Source: an uncultured candidatus Porisulfidus sp.
GTDB taxonomy: Bacteria; Pseudomonadota; Gammaproteobacteria; Poriferisulfidales; Oxydemutatoraceae
Assembly: GCA_965215125.1 (NCBI GenBank)
Contig: OZ244052.1
Location: 1,216,001 to 1,280,000 of the forward strand
Length of the DNA stretch: 64,000 nt
Direction: 5' to 3'
In this document: positions 1-9,418 of the stretch, piece after piece
Layout of the letters: each line of letters opens with the position of its first letter
Numbering within the stretch: the first letter of the stretch is position 1
The notes under the pieces: model-generated
Told to the model about the DNA's origin: nothing
The model's input: the letters and a program-made list of their open reading frames with translations, nothing else
Databases searched by the model: none
Translations under genes and position numbers: made by a program

Positions 1-738
1 TATAGCGTTCCAATACTCTCTATTCTCTTTTGATACTTTCTCTAAATGTTTTAATGCCATCTTCGTCTCTCCGTCTTGCGATAAATGCTTTACTTGCTCG
101 GCTGTCAATTCCGCCGAGTGCTTGATAATATAGCACCACCTATCCGTCATATCAACCAACTCAAGGTGGTTCTTGTTGAACTTGTTCAATTCTACTATCA
201 CCAACCCAAAATCCTTAGTCAATTCCTTATGCCGATGCTTACGCAGAGTGATTGTGGTCTCGTTTATATAGTCCTCTTCATCAAACACCGTGAACCGGGT
301 AAACACCAGTAAGTAGCTCGGATCAATCTGATCAAACTTTTGCCCACGCCTCATACCATAAGAGTGCAACTGCACCCAATAAGCCAACATTCTACTAAAG
401 AGGTCTTTTTGAGAATAGCCCTGCATCTCTATGTCGATATTCTCACCGCTATGTAACTTGACATGGAGGTCTAGCACAACTTGTTTGCCACCCGGTGTGT
501 CCGGTGGGATAGAACTATCCTGCAAATGTAGCTTACCACCCGATTGGTTTTGTTGATTTGCGGTTTTGGATACAAGGTTGAATATGCCGGGGTTGAATGT
601 CATCATATCCGGCGCATTATCGGGGGTCGGCAGGAAGCTCTTAATCAATGAGAACAGTACTTGCTTATTGCTTGAGAAGTATCGCTTAAAGGAAATATCT
701 TTTGTCAAGTCTAAGTATCCGAGATGTTTTTCATCCAT
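1..738 (-). CDS. Rpn family recombination-promoting nuclease/putative transposase (PD-(D/E)XK, PDDEXK_2-like); runs off the window start
   Basis: Not in the ORF track. My translation from ATG 738 (RBS AGGAG at 746-750) is open to base 1: MDEKHLGYLDLTKDISFKRYF...VVLDLHVKLHSGENIDIEMQ...RMLAYW...IVELNKF...DRWCYII. It shows the D-x-x-FK, LD and IEMQ motifs. Confidence 0.85.
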   Translation of the reverse strand, partial: MDEKHLGYLDLTKDISFKRYFSSNKQVLFSLIKSFLPTPDNAPDMMTFNPGIFNLVSKTANQQNQSGGKLHLQDSSIPPDTPGGKQVVLDLHVKLHSGENIDIEMQGYSQKDLFSRMLAYWVQLHSYGMRRGQKFDQIDPSYLLVFTRFTVFDEEDYINETTITLRKHRHKELTKDFGLVIVELNKFNKNHLELVDMTDRWCYIIKHSAELTAEQVKHLSQDGETKMALKHLEKVSKENREYWNAI

Positions 739-848
739 AGTAAATCTCCTATAAATTGGGTGTAAAACATCTACCCTAAACTCGGTATTGAGTAGGGTGG
801 GAAAAAAGTAGATGAACGGTAGTAAATACATGTTGAACGGTATATTAG

Positions 849-889
849 AGGGTGGATATTCCCTTGCGAAGGAGGGGAATATCCACCCT
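849..889. repeat. 15-bp inverted repeat hairpin containing a GAAGGAGGGGAAT repeat-family core
   Basis: AGGGTGGATATTCCC (849-863) / GGGAATATCCACCCT (875-889). Confidence 0.8.
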
Positions 890-904
890 AAAGGTGCCTT
901 AAGA

Positions 905-923
905 ATACTTTTTCAACAGCCCC
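905..923. mobile_element. Solo terminal inverted repeat of the same family as the MITE at 3942-4114
   Basis: ATACTTTTTCAACAGCCCC versus ATACTTTTTCAACAGTCCC (4096-4114). Confidence 0.65.
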
Positions 924-1074
924 ATGTCACCCCCTTGATGCCGATATTGCTATATACTAATTATGATATTTATATTTAGCCTTATAAATTGAAATATGTA
1001 GAGGAACTAGACTCTAATTACTGTATTATGGTATTACAAAATGCTTGCTCAATGTATGAAAAAAGGAGTTGATT

Positions 1075-1284
1075 GTGGCTACTAAATTAGGCAAAAGAAA
1101 TTATAAAGAAATAATTGAGAACTTTATTTGGCCTAAGGGAACTTACGGCGAGAGACCCCCTAACCCAAGTATTATCATTCGGGAAAATATGGACAAGATA
1201 AGGGAAGTACAGGAAGTAGTTAAATTAAAGATGTCTCGGAAAAACAACTCATCGAAACATAAGATAAAAGATAATCCCGCTTAA
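1075..1284 (+). CDS. Small hypothetical protein
   Basis: AAGGAG RBS 6 nt before GTG 1075; AT-rich; no recognisable motif. Confidence 0.35.
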   Translation: MATKLGKRNYKEIIENFIWPKGTYGERPPNPSIIIRENMDKIREVQEVVKLKMSRKNNSSKHKIKDNPA

Positions 1285-1416
1285 ACGAAATTTGACGCAG
1301 CGATTGAACAAACCCGAACTGCACTAGATCGTTGGCGCGGTCTTGCCACCGAACACGGTGTAGGGAAAGCTAATATGGCTCTAATTGAAAAGAGGATTAA
1401 AAGCATTGCCGAGTAA
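1285..1416 (+). pseudogene. Possible remnant of a HipA-family toxin C-terminus
   Basis: Start-less frame TKFDAAIEQTRTALDRWRGLATEHGVGKANMALIEKRIKSIAE* resembles HipA C-terminal helices (W-x-x-x-A-x-x-x-GV); recalled similarity only. Confidence 0.4.
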
Positions 1417-1484
1417 TGGGTTGTTAACCACCCCATGGAAAGGCTTTACATTTTGTATATATGCCGAGGTTCTGCACAATGTGA

Positions 1485-1551
1485 CGCCGATTGACCTACT
1501 GGCTCAATCGGCGGTTCTATTGCGCCTGCCACCCCTCCGAAGGAGGGAAAT
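1485..1551. repeat. REP-like dispersed repeat, copy 1 (hairpin plus CCCCTCC-GGAGGG palindrome)
   Basis: 1524-1551 is the exact reverse complement of 3861-3888; 1514-1538 is identical to 18375-18399; 1486-1514 matches the reverse complement of 4033-4061 at 28/29 positions. Confidence 0.85.
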
Positions 1552-1620
1552 GTACCGGCACTGTATTTGTTCAGATAAGCTACGCCCCTCCACAGGAGTC
1601 GAATTACCCTTCCCTACAAT

Positions 1621-2178
1621 TCAAGGCTCGCAGGTTGAGCCGTTATCTATATATATTTTTGAGTCGGTTTGCGGTTGTAGAACTCTTATGGTTTGGTTGA
1701 TATCTAAGTTGTCTGCAATCTTCGTATAAGGGTGTTGTTTTTGTAATTGAAGGACGAAGTCCGTGTCGTTTATCACTTGGGGATGTGGCGGTATTTGTTC
1801 GTATTGCTCGGTATAGCCGTAATAAACACGGCTAATTGCGTATTCTATACGGGCGAGCGTTGCGAGCAATGCCCAGTCGGCTTCCTTCGCTTTAACGCTT
1901 TGTGTCTGAGCAGCGAGTAGTTTCGGGAAATCTTCTCCGTAGATATTCAGATCCCAGTGTATCGGCGGATAGTGTTGCACATAAACGAGGGCTAATGCGG
2001 AAAATATATTTGCGTCTAGGTAATGCTGCACGGCCAGATAGATATTTTGAAGGGCGCGACGATGTGCGCCGCGGTAATTATTGCTATAGACGGCAACTTT
2101 TTTATTATCGTTGAGAACGGCATTGCAGAAATTCCGCAGGGATTCGGCATAGCCTATCGGTTGACGGGCTTTACTCAA
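1621..2178 (-). CDS. DUF2063-type MNIO partner protein (BufC/HvfC-like)
   Basis: VAVYSNNYR...ALQNIY...YVQHYPP..WDLNIYGEDFP...LARIEYA pattern; 4-bp overlap with the DUF692 gene. Confidence 0.75.
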   Translation of the reverse strand: MSKARQPIGYAESLRNFCNAVLNDNKKVAVYSNNYRGAHRRALQNIYLAVQHYLDANIFSALALVYVQHYPPIHWDLNIYGEDFPKLLAAQTQSVKAKEADWALLATLARIEYAISRVYYGYTEQYEQIPPHPQVINDTDFVLQLQKQHPYTKIADNLDINQTIRVLQPQTDSKIYIDNGSTCEP

Positions 2179-3017
2179 TTGAGCGAGGCAACGGGTTGAG
2201 TTTCATTTTGGTCGATAATCTGCTGAGCGATTAAGCGTTGTTCCATCAATACTGCGAAGGACGGTAAATTACTATCCCATTCAATCAAGCAAGGGATATC
2301 ATGGTGATGGGTACAAAATTGTCTATAACATTCCCAGACATCGTCGGACACCATCGCACTATGCGTATCAACCAGTATATCTTCGTATTCGCTGTAGCCC
2401 GCCAGATGAATTTCCTTTACTTTTGCTATCGGTAGTTGGGCTATGAAGTCATCCAAGTTTTCATTCAGGTTGCGTTGATTGACATAGGCATTATTCAAAT
2501 CAAGTAGCAAACCACATTCTGCTTCGGTACAAACCGCCGCCAAGAACTCGCCCTCGCTCAATGCGCTTTCCTCGTAGCTAAAATAACGGGAGACATTTTC
2601 TATAAGGATTTCTCGTTCGAGTATATCCTGCACCGTCATAATGCGTTGGGTCATGTTCGCAACCGCTTCCGATGTATAAGGTATGGGCATCAGGTCGTGG
2701 AAATAATGATCGTGATGTGTCGTAAAGCAGGCATGCTCGGAGATTAGCGCAGGCTCGTATAGATCGACGGCTTGTTTGAGTTTGCGCAGATAATCGTAGT
2801 CCAGCGGGTCGTTGCCGCCGAGATTTAGGTTGACACCGTGAAAACTGAGCGGATAGTCTTGGCGTATTCGGTAGAGTTGGGTGTGATTGAGGCCTCGGTT
2901 CAAGAAATTACAGATATGTACTTCAAACCACGGCACGGCAGGATTTTCCCGCATCACTTCAGTCAAATGCAACGGTCGCAGACCTAAGCCCACGCCGTTG
3001 CATTGTTGTTTGACCAA
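2175..3017 (-). CDS. DUF692 multinuclear non-heme iron oxidative enzyme (BufB/HvfB-like)
   Basis: GVGLGLR, SFHGV, ISEH, IENVS, LLDLNNAYVN, EIHLAG, DTH and IEWD motifs; TTG 3017 preferred as start (280 aa, no overlap with the precursor). Confidence 0.92.
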   Translation of the reverse strand: MVKQQCNGVGLGLRPLHLTEVMRENPAVPWFEVHICNFLNRGLNHTQLYRIRQDYPLSFHGVNLNLGGNDPLDYDYLRKLKQAVDLYEPALISEHACFTTHHDHYFHDLMPIPYTSEAVANMTQRIMTVQDILEREILIENVSRYFSYEESALSEGEFLAAVCTEAECGLLLDLNNAYVNQRNLNENLDDFIAQLPIAKVKEIHLAGYSEYEDILVDTHSAMVSDDVWECYRQFCTHHHDIPCLIEWDSNLPSFAVLMEQRLIAQQIIDQNETQPVASLN

Positions 3018-3033
3018 AGTGTCGTTTGGTTGT

Positions 3034-3306
3034 TTACTTGGCAGGTTTGGTTGCTGCAACTTGTCCGCCGGTGAGCTTCTCACAGGTGCCGGCAGGCACA
3101 TAAATCCATTCGATGTCAAGATTATCTGCCTTTGCATATCCGCCACAGTTGTGCGAACCGTCTAATGCACCGCAATCATTCATCCCCGCTTTGGAGACAC
3201 CGGCGCATTTTTCCCATTCTTTGGGGGCATCCGGAACTGCTTGAGCGGTGGTTGCTAGTGCGCTCATACCGACTAAAGTCGCAATAAATAAATGTTTTTT
3301 GTTCAT
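3034..3306 (-). CDS. DUF2282 / BufA1-type bufferin precursor (periplasmic Cys-rich RiPP)
   Basis: ATG 3306 with GGAG RBS; Sec signal ending AQA; EKCAGVSKAGMNDC...NCGG...WIYVPAGTCEKL with four Cys. Confidence 0.88.
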   Translation of the reverse strand: MNKKHLFIATLVGMSALATTAQAVPDAPKEWEKCAGVSKAGMNDCGALDGSHNCGGYAKADNLDIEWIYVPAGTCEKLTGGQVAATKPAK

Positions 3307-3411
3307 ATCGTATACTCCATGTTGTTGATTAATACTACAGCGAGATGCTGTTATATTGATTATACTACTAAAACTGATAGTCAAAGGTAACTTATACACA
3401 AAGGAGAGATT

Positions 3412-3822
3412 ATGGATACCGATATTGAACATCGTCTACTAACTATGGAACGGCATTTGCGCAATATGCGTATGGCGGTTATCGTCGTCGTTGCTTTTTT
3501 CCTGTACGAGTCGTTGATGCCTGCCGAACTACGCCCCGGCAACCGAGATATACAGGATGTCGTCAAAACCCGAGAACTCGTTCTGATTGATTCGCGTGGC
3601 GAAGCGATAGCTCGCCTATCCGTACCCGAAGACGAACAACTACAAAAAGAACGCGCACAACTCGTGCTGAGCGATTCTTTAGGAAATCGGACAACTCTTG
3701 ATTCCGATGCGATTAAATTGTTCGTACGAGAGGATGTAGATATGATAGAACAGCTGAGTATTACGCCGCGTGAGCTTGTAATCTATAACAAAGACGGCAC
3801 TCGGGCAAACAGCTTGAATTGA
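3412..3822 (+). CDS. Hypothetical membrane-anchored protein
   Basis: AAGGAG RBS; short N-terminal coiled coil, one TM segment, then beta-rich repeats (ELVLIDSRG, LVLSDSLG, LVIYNKDG). Confidence 0.7.
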   Translation: MDTDIEHRLLTMERHLRNMRMAVIVVVAFFLYESLMPAELRPGNRDIQDVVKTRELVLIDSRGEAIARLSVPEDEQLQKERAQLVLSDSLGNRTTLDSDAIKLFVREDVDMIEQLSITPRELVIYNKDGTRANSLN

Positions 3823-3860
3823 GCAACCGCATGTACGGGCGGTAATGTTTCAAAAGTGGT

Positions 3861-3931
3861 ATTTCCCTCCTTCGGAGGGGTGGCAGGCTTAGCCTGACGG
3901 GGTGGTTTATTCCCCTCCTGTGGAGGGGTGG
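3861..3931. repeat. REP-like dispersed repeat, doublet (copies 2 and 3)
   Basis: ATTTCCCTCCTTCGGAGGGGTGGCAGGC (3861-3888) and ATTCCCCTCCTGTGGAGGGGTGG (3909-3931). Confidence 0.85.
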
Positions 3932-3941
3932 TCGTGGAAGT

Positions 3942-4114
3942 GGGATTGTTGAAAAAGTATCGTCAGCGTGCAACCGTAACCGCTTGCGCCGTGAATTTAT
4001 AATAACCACCAAGCCGTGGGGGCAGGATAAAGCCGCCGATTGAGCCTGTAGGTCAATCGGCAGTTTAATGAAGTCCGCCCCTACAACTTTATGAAATACT
4101 TTTTCAACAGTCCC
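3942..4114. mobile_element. 173-bp MITE with 19-bp TIRs and a 6-bp target-site duplication
   Basis: GGGATTGTTGAAAAAGTAT ... ATACTTTTTCAACAGTCCC (18/19 match); GGAAGT at 3936-3941 and 4115-4120. Confidence 0.85.
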
Positions 4115-4171
4115 GGAAGTATCTGCACGAGTTAATTCTCTTCCTATGGCGAGGAATGGTTTGCCTCATGA

Positions 4172-6450
<2,279 letters not shown>

Positions 6451-6458
<8 letters not shown>

Positions 6459-7170
6459 GCTTGATACACAATATCCACGCTTCCCCGATATTTCTTTTGC
6501 GGATGCCGACGGATTGCTTGCCATCGGCGGCAACCTTGAAGTGGAAACCTTATATACTGCTTACCGACGCGGCATCTTCCCTTGGTACGAAGCAGGGCAA
6601 CCTTTGCTATGGTGGTCGCCGCATCCGAGAATGGTTTTATTGACGAACGGGTTGCGCGTAAGCCGTAGTTTAAACAAAGACATCAAATCGAAATTTTCCG
6701 ATATTAGATTAGACCATGACTTTAGGGCGGTTATTGAGCATTGTGCGGCACCGAGGAGTCGGCGCATGGCAACTTGGATTACCGATGAGATGAGAGATGC
6801 TTATCTAAAATTGCACCGCGCCGGTTATGCACATTCGGTGGAAGTCTATGACCAAGAGGACCTAGTCGGTGGTCTGTACGGTGTAGGCATCGGGCGTATG
6901 TTTTTCGGCGAGTCGATGTTTTCCAAGACGAGCAATGCCTCAAAGGTTGCATTGTTTTATCTTTGTAAATATCTCTATGCGCACCGGCTGATGTTGATAG
7001 ATTGTCAAGTGGAATCGGCGCATTTGCAAACCCTCGGCGCGTTTAATATCAGCCGGGCGCAATTTATTGAATATGTCTCTAAGTTTTGTGGTCGGCAAAC
7101 ACCCCCTGAACTATGGCAACCGCAACGCTTCGCTTCCTTTTGTCTTGCGCAACGGAAGCAAGCAGAATAA
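6451..7170 (+). CDS. aat: Leucyl/phenylalanyl-tRNA--protein transferase
   Basis: AYRRGIFPW, WWSP, AHSVEV, GGLYGV, FFGESMFS, IDCQ. Confidence 0.95.
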
Positions 7171-8268
7171 TGCGATTAAAGTGACCAAAGCGGTGTAAAT
7201 AAATAATTGTCGGCTTGGTATTTGTTCCCATAATTGGCTTGCCAGATAGGTGCCGAGTCCTCCGCCTACACCGAAACTCAGCGAAGAGTATAAAGCCTGT
7301 CCGCGACCCTCTAAACCGTTGGGCAACAACCTTGAGATCGCATGAATCAAAACCGCGTGATAGACCCCGAATGTTATAGCATGCAGGCTTTGGGCGAATA
7401 ACACCACGACGAACCGGTCTTGATAATAAGCGAGCAACACCCACCGCAATGCGGTTGCTGCAATCACAATCAGTAACAAGCGATTGACGCTATACCTACG
7501 AAGCAAAGCACTGCAATAAAGGAATACCAGAACTTCGGCAATAACGCCGATTGCCCAAAACCACCCTATGGTATAGGTTGTATAACCTTGTTCCTGCATA
7601 TAAATAGTGAAATAAGCGTAGTAAGGTCCGTGGACGAACTGTATTAAGAAACATATTATGAATAACGCGATTACGGGCGCGTTGAAAGCATGCACGATGC
7701 TCGGTATGCGAGTGATCGGAAGCGACGATCTGGGTTCCGATAAAGTTTGAGTTGTAAGCCATAGAAAAAACAACAACGATAAAATCAACCACGGAATGGC
7801 ATCGGCACCGCGTACGGAAATCAACCATGCTCCGACCACATTCATCGCAATAAAGCCGACCGATCCCCAAAGCCGAATCAAACTATAGCGATGCGCATGG
7901 TATTTTAGGTTGCTCAAAGTTAGCACTTCCACTTGGGGCAAGGAAGCATTCCAAAAGAAACTGAATACGAACAAAATGATTGCAATCGTCTGGTAATCTT
8001 TTGCATAAAATATCGGGATAAAAACCAAAAAAGCGATAAAATCGCTCCAGCGTATCAGTATCAATCGTCGTTGCAGACGATCCGCAAGCCATCCCCATAT
8101 ATACGGTGCGAAGATTTTAGTCAGCAATGCGATAGCCATCAACTCCCCGATTTCTCGCAGCGCAAACCCTTGCGCCTCTAGGTAGATAGGCCAATACGGT
8201 AAATACGCACCGAGCGTCGCGAAATAGAAAAAATAAAAGGCTGAGAACCAAACAAAGCGATGCCGCAT
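7111..8268 (-). CDS. MFS transporter (HcaT/MFS_1_like)
   Basis: About 12 TM segments; YFFYF..G...PYW, YSLIRLWGSVGF, AQSLHAITF, GQALY. Confidence 0.88.
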   Translation of the reverse strand: MRHRFVWFSAFYFFYFATLGAYLPYWPIYLEAQGFALREIGELMAIALLTKIFAPYIWGWLADRLQRRLILIRWSDFIAFLVFIPIFYAKDYQTIAIILFVFSFFWNASLPQVEVLTLSNLKYHAHRYSLIRLWGSVGFIAMNVVGAWLISVRGADAIPWLILSLLFFLWLTTQTLSEPRSSLPITRIPSIVHAFNAPVIALFIICFLIQFVHGPYYAYFTIYMQEQGYTTYTIGWFWAIGVIAEVLVFLYCSALLRRYSVNRLLLIVIAATALRWVLLAYYQDRFVVVLFAQSLHAITFGVYHAVLIHAISRLLPNGLEGRGQALYSSLSFGVGGGLGTYLASQLWEQIPSRQLFIYTALVTLIALFCLLPLRKTKGSEALRLP

Positions 8269-8272
8269 CGCT

Positions 8273-9343
8273 TTAGTCGCTTAGGTCGAAATTTTGTCCT
8301 CGGTGGCGCAAACAGTGATCCATCAGCACGATTGCCAACATCGCTTCGGCTATCGGTACTGCGCGAATACCCACGCACGGGTCGTGCCGTCCGGTCGTGA
8401 TAATCTCGCTTGCATTGCCGTCTTTGTCTATCGTGTTGCCGGCGATGCGGATACTTGAAGTCGGCTTGAAGGCAACATCCACCGCGATATCTTGACCGCT
8501 CGATATACCGCCCAAAACACCGCCGGCGTTATTCCCGACAAAGCCTTGAGGTGTTAGCTCGTCGCGATGCTCGCTACCGGTTTGTTGCACGCAATTAAAA
8601 CCGGCACCGATTGAAACACCCTTGACTGCGTTGATGCTCATCATCGCATACGCAATGTCGGCATCCAACCTGTCAAAGACCGGCTCGCCCCAACCGGCAA
8701 CCATATTGCTCGCCGTGATATGAAGCTGCGCTCCTACCGAGTTGCCTTCACGGCGCAGACGCTCTATATATTCCTCTATATCTTTGATGCGCTTGGGGTC
8801 GGGACTAAAGAAGCAGTTGTTGTTGATTTCATTCAAATGTACAGGTTCTATGTTTAAGGCGCCTATTTTTGCCAGCCAACCACGGATCGTAATGCCGTAG
8901 CGTTCGTACAGGTATTTTTTGGCAATTGCACCTGCAGCAACGCGCATCGCAGTCTCGCGTGCCGAAGAGCGACCGCCTCCGCGATAATCCCTGAAACCGT
9001 ATTTCTTTTGATAGGTATAATCGGCATGGCCGGGGCGAAACTTATTCTTGATCTGTTCGTAATCTCGCGAGCGTTGGTCCACATTTTCTATCAGTAATCC
9101 AATCGGGGTACCGGTTGTTTTGCCTTCAAATACACCCGACAAAATACGCACTTGGTCGGTTTCTCGTCGCTGACTGGTATAACGGCTTTGCCCCGGTCGT
9201 CTACGATCCAGATCGGTTTGTATATCCTGTTCGGTCAATTCCAGCTGCGGTGGACAACCGTCAACAATTGCACCGATTGCGGGCCCGTGACTTTCCCCGA
9301 ATGTGGTGACCGTAAAAATCTTTCCTATCGTATTACCTGCCAT
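8273..9343 (-). CDS. aroC: Chorismate synthase
   Basis: [27 protein letters not shown]; start set at MAGNTIG. Confidence 0.97.
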   Translation of the reverse strand: MAGNTIGKIFTVTTFGESHGPAIGAIVDGCPPQLELTEQDIQTDLDRRRPGQSRYTSQRRETDQVRILSGVFEGKTTGTPIGLLIENVDQRSRDYEQIKNKFRPGHADYTYQKKYGFRDYRGGGRSSARETAMRVAAGAIAKKYLYERYGITIRGWLAKIGALNIEPVHLNEINNNCFFSPDPKRIKDIEEYIERLRREGNSVGAQLHITASNMVAGWGEPVFDRLDADIAYAMMSINAVKGVSIGAGFNCVQQTGSEHRDELTPQGFVGNNAGGVLGGISSGQDIAVDVAFKPTSSIRIAGNTIDKDGNASEIITTGRHDPCVGIRAVPIAEAMLAIVLMDHCLRHRGQNFDLSD

Positions 9344-9418
9344 TTCGCTATTGTAGCTGTTTGTGGGATTTAATTGCCGAACTTCACAAAATATATTCCC
9401 CAACCACTTTGAAAAAAT

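Noticed and set aside
1385-1729. ORFs at 1385-1729, 3761-4012 and 18302-18634 with LPPLRRRE/PATPPQGG peptides
   Set aside because: These are translations of the non-coding palindromic repeat.
3018-3146. N-terminal extension of the DUF692 ORF
   Set aside because: It overlaps the precursor gene in another frame; TTG 3017 gives the normal length.
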